A program made the position numbers and the translations under genes. From assembly GCA_031416315.1 (NCBI GenBank), contig JANOTL010000094.1:32001-96000 (forward strand): a DNA stretch of 64,000 bases, written 5' to 3'. The notes under the pieces are model-generated. The model made no database searches, was not told where the DNA came from, and saw only the letters and a program-made list of their open reading frames with translations. The stretch comes from Pseudomonadota bacterium. GTDB lineage: Bacteria; Bdellovibrionota_B; Oligoflexia; Oligoflexales; CAIYRB01. Numbering within the stretch: position 1 is the stretch's first letter; each line of letters starts with the position of its first letter. Positions 36,434-45,754 of the stretch are shown here, piece after piece.

Positions 36434-36912
36434 CCTTGGCCAAGAAATCGAACAAGAAGCAGCCCGTGGCGCCAGCAACCGCAACCGCAACCGTCGCCGC
36501 TTCTTCGCAAGCGGAGCCAGTTTCCTCCGACGAGGCGGAGCCCACTTCGGAGGCAGAGCCGTTCACCCCGGCCGTCATCGTCGGCCACGAGCCGCTCGAT
36601 CCGACGAAGGAAGGCGTCCTGCGCCACCTCGACGGGACGAAGAACATCCTGGCGACGAAGCTCGGCGCCGTCGCAGCCAAGATCGAGGCCGTCGGCCCGA
36701 AGCTCGGCAGCCTCGCGCCGGTCTGCACGAAGATCGCGAAGAGCCTGAGCCACGGCCAGGAAGTGCTCGGCACCCGCACGACGACGCAGTTCGCGTACCA
36801 AGGTCTTTGGTTGGCGCAGCACAATCCCTTGACCCAGCCGATCATCGACGCCGCCGCGCGCGTGCGCTCGGCCGTGTCGAAGAAGCCGCGGCAGTCGCAG
36901 GCGCACGTTTAA
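36430..36912 (+). CDS. Hypothetical protein
   Basis: AGGAGG RBS, TTG overlapping the previous stop, GC3-rich. Confidence 0.65.
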   Translation: MTLAKKSNKKQPVAPATATATVAASSQAEPVSSDEAEPTSEAEPFTPAVIVGHEPLDPTKEGVLRHLDGTKNILATKLGAVAAKIEAVGPKLGSLAPVCTKIAKSLSHGQEVLGTRTTTQFAYQGLWLAQHNPLTQPIIDAAARVRSAVSKKPRQSQAHV

Positions 36913-36934
36913 GGAAGATCGGCTGTGGCTCTCG

Positions 36935-36972
36935 GATCCGGCGCCAGGAACCCCGTTCCTGTGCGCTGGATC
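36935..36972. terminator. Stem-loop between convergent genes
   Basis: GATCCGGCGC-CAGGAAC...GTTCCTG-T-GCGCTGGATC. Confidence 0.45.
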
Positions 36973-37061
36973 TCGTCTTTATCCGGCTCTAACACCGTCG
37001 CCGAGCGCGATGACGGCTTCGACATGGGCCGTCCCTTTGTTGCTGCCGCTCGCTTCTGCCT

Positions 37062-38444
37062 TCAGGAGTGAAGCGCTTGCATCGAATCATAGACCTGCGC
37101 CATCGCCGTTTCGAACGTCGCTTTCCATACAAAAGCCGACCTAAGCTCGGCGCAGCCGATGCCGGCCGAGCGCAGGACAGCGACCGTAGCGAGGCGCATA
37201 TCAACGGCATCGTCGGCGGACGCCGCGCACGGAATGTCCTCTAGGCGCACCAAACGCTGCTCGCGACGGCCGCGCAACTCCACCACCCATCCTCGGGTCG
37301 GCACGTAGGCTGTACCGCCGCGGCGCAGATGCTGCCGAATCAACGGGCGCTGCGCGTCTCGGCAGAAGTAGACGATGTGCTTCGAGACGACGGCGGCGCG
37401 CGTCGCCGCGCAGAACACCGCTTGATCGCGGTCCCGCGCGTTCAGGATGAGCGTTCCGAAACGCCTGACGCGCGCCGCGAACAACTTGTCGACCTCCAGG
37501 ACGTCGGCATCGGTCCACGCGCCGTTGGTGATCAAGCCGATGTCGCACCAATCGTAGCCCAAGCCGGAGCGCGCAACCTCGGCTCGATCCGTTTCCAGGA
37601 CCGCGAACTCGATCTCCGGATCCGCCAGCACGCGGCGGGTCGACTCGGTGTCGACGCGCCAATCGTGCGAGTCGAGGAGCCCAACCTGACGCCCGAACGA
37701 GCGGAGTGTCGACGCGACGAGCTGTGCCACCTCGGCCCTGCCCGTCGTGCCCGCGATCGCGACGATGGGGATGCGGCCGTTGCCCATCGCGCCGAACCAT
37801 TCTTGGATCCGGCAAGGCGCCTCGTCGTCGTTCGGCCAACTCGGGTCGACTTTCGTCGGCAGGATGCGCCTCAGCTTCGACCCATGACCGAGTTGGATCT
37901 CGCCAGTCTCGAGCTGGAGCCAGGGAACCCCGGCGGCCTCCGCCGCTTGCAACAGATCGACGACTTGCGGATGAAACGTCTCACCCGCGACGGCTTCGCG
38001 CGAGACCGCCACGAGCTCGCGGAGATCGCTGGCCGTGTCGCCGTCGTTCTCGCGACTCGCACGGTCGACCAGCGCCAAGCTCAAACGAAGTTGCGACTCG
38101 ACGAGCACGCGATCGTTGCCGTCGACGACTGCGTGCATCGATTCACCCAGGCCGACGACGCAGCGTCCGACGCGACACCCGCGCGCCGAGCGAACGCCGA
38201 GGAGAGCGTGGGCGACGTGTTCCACGAGATGTCCGGAGTTATTTGATTGATGGCGGCAACGGTAGCGCTGCAGGCCGGGAACCGCGGCCTCGAGATGCCG
38301 CCTGATGGTAGCGATTTCGGAGGTCGTCAAGGCCATCAGCGAGCCGGAAATTAGCCTCGCGATCGTAACCGGCCGAGGCGCCAACAGATTCGGTCCCGAT
38401 AGAAACGTGAACGTTGGATCGTTCATCTTGGTCCCCTCAGACAT
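37062..38444 (-). CDS. Degenerate cyanophycin synthetase-like protein (N domain + partial Mur-ligase domain, no ATP-grasp)
   Basis: GPN, GHLVEHVA, QLGHGSKLRRI, GRIPIVAIAGTTGR, AVLET...GLGYDWCDIGLITN, LNARD. Confidence 0.72.
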   Translation of the reverse strand: MSEGTKMNDPTFTFLSGPNLLAPRPVTIARLISGSLMALTTSEIATIRRHLEAAVPGLQRYRCRHQSNNSGHLVEHVAHALLGVRSARGCRVGRCVVGLGESMHAVVDGNDRVLVESQLRLSLALVDRASRENDGDTASDLRELVAVSREAVAGETFHPQVVDLLQAAEAAGVPWLQLETGEIQLGHGSKLRRILPTKVDPSWPNDDEAPCRIQEWFGAMGNGRIPIVAIAGTTGRAEVAQLVASTLRSFGRQVGLLDSHDWRVDTESTRRVLADPEIEFAVLETDRAEVARSGLGYDWCDIGLITNGAWTDADVLEVDKLFAARVRRFGTLILNARDRDQAVFCAATRAAVVSKHIVYFCRDAQRPLIRQHLRRGGTAYVPTRGWVVELRGRREQRLVRLEDIPCAASADDAVDMRLATVAVLRSAGIGCAELRSAFVWKATFETAMAQVYDSMQALHS

Positions 38445-38766
38445 GCATCAAAGGGGTACCAGTTTTGGCCATTTTCATAACGACAAACCTGCTTGAAGCG
38501 AACACGATGTGTTGCGAATGCGGTCAACGTAGCGAGTTCGCTTCATGGGTGCTCACACCCATATCACTGGTCGCGATTGGCCTCGGTGGGCAGTAGGCCT
38601 GCCGTCGGTAAAACAATCTTCGCGGTCCGGAGATTTTCCACCGCTCGGCGCCGTCGCCGACTTGTCCCTCCAAAAGGACCCGACGGAGCAAAGGCGGCGT
38701 GGTCGGTGGCCGTCTCTTTCTGGGCCTCGAACCGGACGACGGCCAAAGGCAAGGTCCTCGCCATCT

Positions 38767-39564
38767 CTAGGAATCCGGCTCCGGCTCGACCTTGGTCACC
38801 GGAAAGAACTGGACGTTGACCTGATAGAGCGCGGTCCGTCGCTCGCTCGCGAGAAAATCGCCGAGCTGCTCCAGGAACTCGCCGATCATCTGCTTCGCGC
38901 GCGGAACCTTGGCGGGATCCATCGCCGTCATCATCGAGGTGATGCAGCGGAGCTCGTAGGGGACCTCGGTGAGCGCCGCGACCGCTTTCTCGCCGATTTC
39001 GCGCTGATGGCATTGCAAGACCATGAGGTCGAGCGCTCTTTCTTGGGTGGAGAACCGCGCCGCGGCCTTAACCCAGCGTTTGCCCACGGGCTCGACGAAC
39101 CCGGCAGCCTCGAGCCGGCGCAGCGCGGCCCGCACGGCGTTGACCGAGAGCCCGAGACGATCGGCGAACCACGCCTCGCCGACGTCGGCGTCATCCAAGG
39201 CGCAGGCCTCGAGGACGCTCATGCAGGTCACGTCGGCGACGCCGTTGAAAATCTCTGGCGAGACCTCGGTCGCGGCGGGCTTCACGGCGGACTCGCCGTG
39301 GTGCGCGAGCTGGCGCTCGACGCGCTCTCTCGAGACCGAGATCAGGAAGAGGCGGCGCGTCTCGTCGGAGACGCCCAAAGCATCGATCACCGTGTGGGAC
39401 GCGGCGATCGAAAGATCTTGTTTCCCCGAGAGCACCCGGCTCAGGGCGCTCGGGTGGAGTCCGAGCTGACGCGCGAAAGCCCGCAGCGAATAGCGCGGAT
39501 TCTTCGCAATGCGTCGCCGAAACTCCGTCGCGAGGAGGCTCAGATGGTAGGGCTTGGTGTTCAA
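38767..39564 (-). CDS. TIGR02147/DUF4423-like HTH protein
   Basis: KNPRYSLRAFARQLG...LS.VL.GK and C-terminal YQVNVQFFP. Confidence 0.8.
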   Translation of the reverse strand: MNTKPYHLSLLATEFRRRIAKNPRYSLRAFARQLGLHPSALSRVLSGKQDLSIAASHTVIDALGVSDETRRLFLISVSRERVERQLAHHGESAVKPAATEVSPEIFNGVADVTCMSVLEACALDDADVGEAWFADRLGLSVNAVRAALRRLEAAGFVEPVGKRWVKAAARFSTQERALDLMVLQCHQREIGEKAVAALTEVPYELRCITSMMTAMDPAKVPRAKQMIGEFLEQLGDFLASERRTALYQVNVQFFPVTKVEPEPDS

Positions 39565-39736
39565 CGCTGCGCCGCCGCCCCTTTTCCCAGCTCATTGCGC
39601 ATTCGGAGTGACGAATATCAGGTCGACTCGACGAGCCGACCGTCCTTCGTTGAGTCTCATGTTTTTTATCTGTTGACGTGAAAAAAAAACAGGCCGTCTC
39701 TCAACCCAACGGCGTAAGGCTATGGATTAAGTGTTT

Positions 39737-40507
39737 TTACTTGCCCGATGCCGGGCGTTCGTTCTTGCGCCGACGCCTTTCGAAAGCCATCAGGCCGTCG
39801 AACTCGTAAGGCCGGAACGCGACGTAGAGGCAGCTCACCTCGGCTCTTTGCGTGGCGTCGCCGGTATCCAGTGCCGAGAGGGCATCCATCTCGGTGAACA
39901 CCTTGAGCAGCTTCTTGTTGAGCGCCGCCTGCGAGGCGACGCCTAGGCGGCGGGTCGCGAACTTCGCCAGGTCGAGCTCGCCGTCGAACTTGCCGGCGAG
40001 GAAGCGGCGTCGAATCTCGTCCTCGTACTCAGCGCGTAGGGGACCTCGCGGCCGCCACGCGATGCTGCGAGAGACCAACATCCTGATCTTGCCTCCAGGC
40101 AGGCGGTCGAGGAGGCGGAGCTCGTCCAGCTCCCGCAGCCAGCGCTCGGCTTCCTGCATGCTGACCGCGTAGGAGGCGACGATCTTCGCGACGGTGCCGC
40201 CGAAGAGCAGCAGGTGAAAGAACGAGAAGAGGCGTCGGTCGGCCGCAAGCGTCGTTTCCTGCTCCAAGGTCAGGAGCCCCGGCTCGGCCGCGGCCTCGGT
40301 CGCCGCCAGCTTCGCGACGTCGAGCATCGTCAGCTCGAGGACCGCGAGGATGTCCTCCAAGCGTTTGAGCGTCAGCGCCTCCCGCGAGAAGAGCCGCTTG
40401 ACGCTCGATTCGCTGAGCTCGAGGCGCGCCGCCAACTCCCCGTAACTCATGCCCTTCGCCTTCAGGCACTGCTTGATCGCGTGAAGGAAGGCGCTGGACT
40501 CGGGCAT
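39737..40507 (-). CDS. XRE-family HTH transcriptional regulator
   Basis: LKAKGMSYGELAARLELSESSVKRLFS, LTLEQE. Confidence 0.85.
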   Translation of the reverse strand: MPESSAFLHAIKQCLKAKGMSYGELAARLELSESSVKRLFSREALTLKRLEDILAVLELTMLDVAKLAATEAAAEPGLLTLEQETTLAADRRLFSFFHLLLFGGTVAKIVASYAVSMQEAERWLRELDELRLLDRLPGGKIRMLVSRSIAWRPRGPLRAEYEDEIRRRFLAGKFDGELDLAKFATRRLGVASQAALNKKLLKVFTEMDALSALDTGDATQRAEVSCLYVAFRPYEFDGLMAFERRRRKNERPASGK

Positions 40508-40518
40508 CGGTACCTCTG

Positions 40519-40535
40519 GTAGCACCAAATGCTAC
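40519..40535. promoter_or_regulatory. Candidate XRE operator
   Basis: GTAGCA-CCAAA-TGCTAC, 11 nt before the regulator start, in a divergent region. Confidence 0.6.
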
Positions 40536-40600
40536 TAAATGAATGAGTATTGTTAAGTGATATGCGACCTCGTATTCTGGGACAAGCAAAAGGAGCCCCG

Positions 40601-40960
40601 ATGCCCCCGCAAATCGTCACCGTCCTAGCCCTGCTGATCGCCGCCGAGCACCTCGGCTTCATGGCCCTGGAGACCCTCTTCTGGACCAAGCCGCTCGGCC
40701 TGCGCATCTTCGGCCAAACCGAGGCTCAGGCCGTCGCCTCAGCGGCTTTGGCCGCGAACCAAGGCCTTTACAACGGCTTTCTGGCCGCCGGCCTGGCCTA
40801 CGCCGTCTTCGTCGGCGACGCGCGCTTCACCAACTTTTTCCTCGGCTCGGTCGCGGTCGCCGGAATCTTCGGGGCGGCGACCGTCAGCAAGCGCATCTTC
40901 TTCGTTCAGGCGGTGCCGGCTTTGATCGCGCTGGCGCTCTCACTTCTGACCAAAGTTTGA
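40601..40960 (+). CDS. DUF1304 membrane protein
   Basis: EH...LE.LFW, AANQGLYNGFLAAGL, FFVQAVP. Confidence 0.88.
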   Translation: MPPQIVTVLALLIAAEHLGFMALETLFWTKPLGLRIFGQTEAQAVASAALAANQGLYNGFLAAGLAYAVFVGDARFTNFFLGSVAVAGIFGAATVSKRIFFVQAVPALIALALSLLTKV

Positions 40961-40976
40961 GTCGCGGTCGCGACGA

Positions 40977-41777
40977 TTACCCGTGCCGCCCCTCGAGATA
41001 AGCCGAAGTAATCGGATGCCGCGGCCCCGAGAAAAGCTGCGCCGTCGGCCCATGCTCCACCAACCGCCCGACGCCATCGGTGGTCCACAGCAAGGCAGTC
41101 AGATCCGAGACGCGCCGCGCCTGCGCGAGGTTGTGCGTCACGATCACGACGGTGAAGCGTCGACGCAGCTCCTTGATGTGGGCCTCGACCACGCCGCTCG
41201 CGATCGGGTCGAGCGCACTGCACGGCTCGTCGAGGAGGATCACGTCGGGCTTCAGCGCGATGGCGCGCGCGATGCACAAGCGCTGCTGCTGGCCGCCGGA
41301 AAGCGCCAGCGCCGAAGTGCCCAATCGGTCCTTGACCTCGTGCCAAAGGCCCACGTCGCGCAAAGCGCCTTCGATGGTCTCGGCGACGAGCGCGCGATCC
41401 TTGATGCCGTGCTGCGCCAGTGTGAGCGCCATGTTCTTCCAGATGGAAAGCGGAAACGGCGTCGGCTTCTGAAAGACCATGCCGACGCGGCGGCGCAGCG
41501 CCAGGACGTCGGTCTTCGGATCGAGGACCTCCAGCTCGCCGATGCGGATGCGACCGCCGACGCGGCTTCCTGGGACGTCGTCCGTCAAGCGGTTGAGGCA
41601 GGCGAGCAAGCTCGATTTGCCGCAACCCGAGGGCCCGATGATCGCGGTGATCGAGCAGGAGGGCACGTTCAGGCTCAATGCTTCGAGCGCGGGGCGCGAG
41701 GCATAGGAGACGGAGAGATTCTCCACGCATATGAACGGCACGTCGAAGACGATGCAGACGCCGCCATCGCATTTCAT
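40977..41777 (-). CDS. pstB: Phosphate ABC transporter ATPase
   Basis: GPSGCGKS, VGMVFQKPTPFP, LSGGQQQRLCIARA, DEPCSALDP. Confidence 0.93.
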   Translation of the reverse strand: MKCDGGVCIVFDVPFICVENLSVSYASRPALEALSLNVPSCSITAIIGPSGCGKSSLLACLNRLTDDVPGSRVGGRIRIGELEVLDPKTDVLALRRRVGMVFQKPTPFPLSIWKNMALTLAQHGIKDRALVAETIEGALRDVGLWHEVKDRLGTSALALSGGQQQRLCIARAIALKPDVILLDEPCSALDPIASGVVEAHIKELRRRFTVVIVTHNLAQARRVSDLTALLWTTDGVGRLVEHGPTAQLFSGPRHPITSAYLEGRHG

Positions 41778-42616
41778 ACCGAAAGCCTCCGTTCCAGGAC
41801 CCGGCGCGCGGTCACCGACGCGAGCGCGTTGATCGTCAGCAGGACGAGAATGAGCGTGAGACTGGTAGCATAGGCGGTCGCATCGCCTCCCGCCACGTTC
41901 ATCGACAGGTCGAAGATGTGGATCGACAGCGAGCGCCCCGAATCCATTAGCGATTCGGGCATGCGGTCGACGTAGCCGCTGGTGTAGACGAGCGCCGCCG
42001 TCTCCGCGATCGCGCGCCCCAGGCCCAGCACGAGCCCGACGATCACAGCCGGCGCGGCGGCCGGCAAAAGCAGGTGCCAAAGCGTCGCGGACCGGGAGTA
42101 GGCGAGCGCGCTCGCGGCGTTGCGCGTCTCGGGCGGGACGGCGCGCAGGCCTTCCTCCGTCGTGCGGATCAGGATCGGCAGGACCATGCAGGCCAGCGTC
42201 AAACCGCCCGACAGGATGGAGAATCCGAGGCCCAGCGTCTTGCAGAAAAAGGCGTTGCCGAAGAGGCCGAAAACGATCGACGGCACCGCCGCGAGCCCGT
42301 CGAGGCTCAGCTGCACGAGGCGGCCGAAGACGCCGCCTCGGCGCGTCAGCTCGGTGAGGAAGACGGCGGTCGCGAGCCCGAGCGGCAGCGCCACCGCCAT
42401 CGTCACCGCGAGAATGAGCCCCGTCGAAGCGAGGATCGGCCCGATGCCGCCTTCGCGCCCGGCGTTGCGCGGCGCGGTCGTCAGGAACGCCCAGTCGAGC
42501 CGCCCAGCGCCGTGGCGCAACAGTTCGAAGACGATCAGCGCGAGCACGACCGTGACGCCGAGCGCGGCCGCCCAGGCAAACGCGGCGAGGACGGCGTCAG
42601 CGCGCCGGCTGCGCAC
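41774..42616 (-). CDS. pstA: Phosphate ABC transporter permease
   Basis: GGIGP, VPSIVFGLFG, TTEEGLRAVP, RAIAETA. Confidence 0.92.
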   Translation of the reverse strand: MRSRRADAVLAAFAWAAALGVTVVLALIVFELLRHGAGRLDWAFLTTAPRNAGREGGIGPILASTGLILAVTMAVALPLGLATAVFLTELTRRGGVFGRLVQLSLDGLAAVPSIVFGLFGNAFFCKTLGLGFSILSGGLTLACMVLPILIRTTEEGLRAVPPETRNAASALAYSRSATLWHLLLPAAAPAVIVGLVLGLGRAIAETAALVYTSGYVDRMPESLMDSGRSLSIHIFDLSMNVAGGDATAYATSLTLILVLLTINALASVTARRVLERRLSV

Positions 42617-43445
42617 GGCTCACTCCTTCCGCGGCGAGCAAGAGAAGAAGAACCACGATCATCAGCAGCAGGCCGCTGACGAAGAGCGCGGCGCGATGAT
42701 CGCCGGTGGCATAGGCCATCTCGAGCGCAATGTTTGCCGTAAGCGTCCGCACCGGGTCGAAAAGGCTCTGCGGAAATTGCACGATGTTGCCGCACACCAT
42801 GAGGACCGCCATGGTCTCGCCGAGCGCGCGGCCCGTCTGCAGGATGCAGGCGGTGCAGAGACCCGAGCGTGCCGACGGCAGCACGGCGAGGCGCAAAGTT
42901 CCCCATTTGCCGAGCCCGAGCGCGCGCGCGTTGGCGACGAGCTCTCTCGGCACGGCCGCGAAGCTCGCGTCGGCGGCAAGCGCCACGGTCGGTAGGACCA
43001 TGAGGGCCAAGATCGCAATGCCGGCGAGGAGGCTCGCGCCGGGAGGGTGCACGGCGTTGATCTTCGGGACCAGCACGACGAGGCCCCAAAAACCGTAGAC
43101 GACGGACGGAATGCCGGCGAGGAGCTCGAGCGCGCGGCGAAAGAGCGTCGCCACGCCCCGCGGCGCGAAAAAATGCGTGAAGACGGCGCACAGCACCCCG
43201 AGCGGCGCCGCGATCCCTACGGCGCCGAGCGTCACGAGGAGCGAGCCCGCGAGCATCGGCGTCATTTGATAGAGGCCCGAGCTCGGAGACCAGAGGGCGT
43301 CGCGGAGGAAGCGGAGGGGTCCGATCTTCGCGACGAGCGGCAGGGCCTCGGTCGCGAGAAAACAGACGATGAGCGCCAAGGTCGCGGCGGCGGTGCACGC
43401 GGCGGCGCGGAGGGCCCAGGTCAGAATCCGGTCGCGGCGCGGCAC
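42597..43445 (-). CDS. pstC: Phosphate ABC transporter permease
   Basis: ELLAGIPSVVYGFWG, GRALGETMAV, RTLTANIA. Confidence 0.93.
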   Translation of the reverse strand: MPRRDRILTWALRAAACTAAATLALIVCFLATEALPLVAKIGPLRFLRDALWSPSSGLYQMTPMLAGSLLVTLGAVGIAAPLGVLCAVFTHFFAPRGVATLFRRALELLAGIPSVVYGFWGLVVLVPKINAVHPPGASLLAGIAILALMVLPTVALAADASFAAVPRELVANARALGLGKWGTLRLAVLPSARSGLCTACILQTGRALGETMAVLMVCGNIVQFPQSLFDPVRTLTANIALEMAYATGDHRAALFVSGLLLMIVVLLLLLAAEGVSRAQPAR

Positions 43446-43523
43446 AATTTGCTCCCATTCTCGCGGCCTTTCATATTACATGGACCCGCCCGCGTCCGAT
43501 CCAGTTTTTTCCGTGGAGCCTCC

Positions 43524-44351
43524 ATGCGCCGTTGCCTCTCGACCGTCTTCCTGGCCGCCAGTTTCGTCGCCGTCTCTCCGATCGTCGCCGCCGCCGAGCC
43601 GAAAAAGCTCGTGATCACCGGCTCCAGCACCGTCGCGCCCTTGATGGCGGAAATCGCGAAAAAGTTCGAGGCGACGCACCCGGGCACCCGGATCGACGTG
43701 CAGTCCGGCGGCTCATCGCGCGGCGTCACCGACGTGCGCCAGGGCACGGCCGACATCGGCATGGTGTCCCGGCCCTTGAATCCGGACGAAAGCGAGCTCC
43801 GGTCCTTCACGATCGCGATGGACGGCGTCACCGTCATCCTGAACAAGGCGAATCCGGTGCAAGTCCTGACGAGAGAGCAGATCGTCGCCATCTACACCGG
43901 CCAGACGCGCAACTGGAAGATGGTCGGCGGCCCCGATCAGCCGATCGTCGTGGTCAACAAGGCCGAGGGGCGCTCGACGCTCGAGCTCTTCCTGCAGCAC
44001 TTCGCTTTGAAAGCCCCCGACGTCAAAGCGGCGATCATCATCGGCGACAACGCGCAGGGCATCAAGACCGTCGCCGGCAATCCGCAGGCGATCGGCTACG
44101 TCTCCATCGGCTCGGCGGAGTACGAGGCCGGTCACGGCGCCGCTATCAAGCTCTTGCCGCTCGGCGGCGTCGCGCCTTCGATGGATTCGGTGCGCGCCGG
44201 CGCCTTCCCGCTCGCGCGCCCGCTCAACCTCGTGACCAAGCAGGAGCCGACCGGCCTCGCGAAGGCGCTGATCGACTTCGCCCGCTCGGCGGCGGCCGAC
44301 GAAATCGTCAAAGAGCAGTTCTTCGTGCCGCTCGCCAGAACTGCGGGATGA
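43524..44351 (+). CDS. pstS: Phosphate ABC transporter substrate-binding protein
   Basis: Signal peptide, GSSTV, GGSSRG, DIGMVSR, AIGYVS, PLARPL. Confidence 0.9.
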   Translation: MRRCLSTVFLAASFVAVSPIVAAAEPKKLVITGSSTVAPLMAEIAKKFEATHPGTRIDVQSGGSSRGVTDVRQGTADIGMVSRPLNPDESELRSFTIAMDGVTVILNKANPVQVLTREQIVAIYTGQTRNWKMVGGPDQPIVVVNKAEGRSTLELFLQHFALKAPDVKAAIIIGDNAQGIKTVAGNPQAIGYVSIGSAEYEAGHGAAIKLLPLGGVAPSMDSVRAGAFPLARPLNLVTKQEPTGLAKALIDFARSAAADEIVKEQFFVPLARTAG

Positions 44352-45641
44352 TCAGAGCTGCGTCCCGAGCAAGGACGCAGCCCACTCGATCGCTTTCTCC
44401 TTCAAAGGCCGCGCCTCCCACTCCTCGAACGTAACGCAGTGAGTCTTCTTCTTGTCGCTCGCGAACGTCGCCGTCTCCCGCGCGCCGACGGCCGGGTCGA
44501 CGACGTTCATGTTCGCCTCGTCGTTCAGGCGAAACGAGCGGTTGTCGAAGTTGGTCGAGCCGACGGAGACGAAGGCGTCGTCCACGATCATCACCTTCGC
44601 GTGGTACATGGTCGGCTGATACTCGCAGATCTCCACTCCCGCGCTCAGGAGCGGGCCCCAAACGGCGCGCGAGGCACGACGCGCGGCGGGAACGTCCGTA
44701 AGAGCGCTGGGGACGATCACCTCGACCGAGACGCCACGCTTGCGCGCGGAGAGAAGGTGCTTGATCGCCAACTCGTCGGGGACGAAGTAGGCGTTGCCAA
44801 TCCGGACGGACTTCGTCGCGCTTGCGATCGCGAGCATGTACATCAGACGTATCGTTTCGTCGCCGGAGCCGGCAGCGCTGGTGAAGACCTGCGCATGGCT
44901 CTGGCCCGCCGCGACCAACGGCGGAAAATACGTATCGCCATGGAGCAGCTTGGGCCGCGTCTTCATCCAGTTGAGCAGGAATGCCGACTGCATCTGACCG
45001 ACCACCGGCCCCTCGACGCGAAAGTGCGCGTCACGCCAGTGCTCGAAGTCCTGGGCGTGACCGCGCCATTTGTCGGCGACGCCGACGCCGCCGGTGAAGC
45101 CGAGCCGCCCGTCGACGACCAGGAGGCGCCGGTGCGTGCGATTGTTCACGCGATCCAGGTCGTACCAGCGCAGCGGCCGATAGGCCTCGACCTCGATGCC
45201 GGCGGCCTCCATCGAGGTGACGAAGGACTCGTCCACCTCCGTGCTGCCGAGCCAGTCGAACAAGAGGTGCACTTTGACGCCGGCCTTCGCGCGGTCGATC
45301 AGGGCCTCCGTGAACCGCGTGCCGATCTCGCCCTTCCAATAGATGTAGATCTCGAACGTGATCGTCTTTTTCGCGCTCTTGATGGCCTCGAGCATCGCGG
45401 GAAAGATCTCGTCGCCGTTCTGCAAGGCGTCAATGCGGTTTCCGGCGACCAGCGGAGCCCCGAGAAGCCGGGTCAAGGCGCGATCGAATTCTTCGGTGCC
45501 GACGGCATACAGCGGCTCGATCTCGGCCACGAGCCGGGGCTTGCCGGACGACAGATTAAAGACCAGGAGCAGAATGAGCGCTCCGCCGATCGCGCCGCCG
45601 ATAATGAGGGGAAGGCGGCGCATCCTAGCGTACAACTTCAC
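44352..45641 (-). CDS. cls: Cardiolipin synthase family phospholipase D
   Basis: NGDEIFPAML, HRRLLVVD (variant HKD1), WRDAH, HAKVMIVD, GSTNFD.RS..LN.E. Confidence 0.88.
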   Translation of the reverse strand: MKLYARMRRLPLIIGGAIGGALILLLVFNLSSGKPRLVAEIEPLYAVGTEEFDRALTRLLGAPLVAGNRIDALQNGDEIFPAMLEAIKSAKKTITFEIYIYWKGEIGTRFTEALIDRAKAGVKVHLLFDWLGSTEVDESFVTSMEAAGIEVEAYRPLRWYDLDRVNNRTHRRLLVVDGRLGFTGGVGVADKWRGHAQDFEHWRDAHFRVEGPVVGQMQSAFLLNWMKTRPKLLHGDTYFPPLVAAGQSHAQVFTSAAGSGDETIRLMYMLAIASATKSVRIGNAYFVPDELAIKHLLSARKRGVSVEVIVPSALTDVPAARRASRAVWGPLLSAGVEICEYQPTMYHAKVMIVDDAFVSVGSTNFDNRSFRLNDEANMNVVDPAVGARETATFASDKKKTHCVTFEEWEARPLKEKAIEWAASLLGTQL

Positions 45642-45694
45642 ATGCTGATGGGACGACCATGGCGATTGCTCCTTGGGGCGGTGTCGCTCCCTAT

Positions 45695-45711
45695 TGCAAG
45701 CGGCTTGCCAA
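45695..45711 (-). promoter_or_regulatory. Sigma-54 promoter of cls
   Basis: Minus strand TTGGCAAGCCGCTTGCA. Confidence 0.75.
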
Positions 45712-45754
45712 ATAGCCGCTGCGCCGTCGCGCCGTTCTGGACTATGCTGTGCGC

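Noticed and set aside
38445..38766. Short ORFs between the CphA-like and TIGR02147-like genes
   Set aside because: No motif, RBS or codon-bias support
43485..43500. Possible Pho box near CTTTCATATTACAT in the pst intergenic region (approximate position)
   Set aside because: Only a partial half-site; no 11-bp direct repeat
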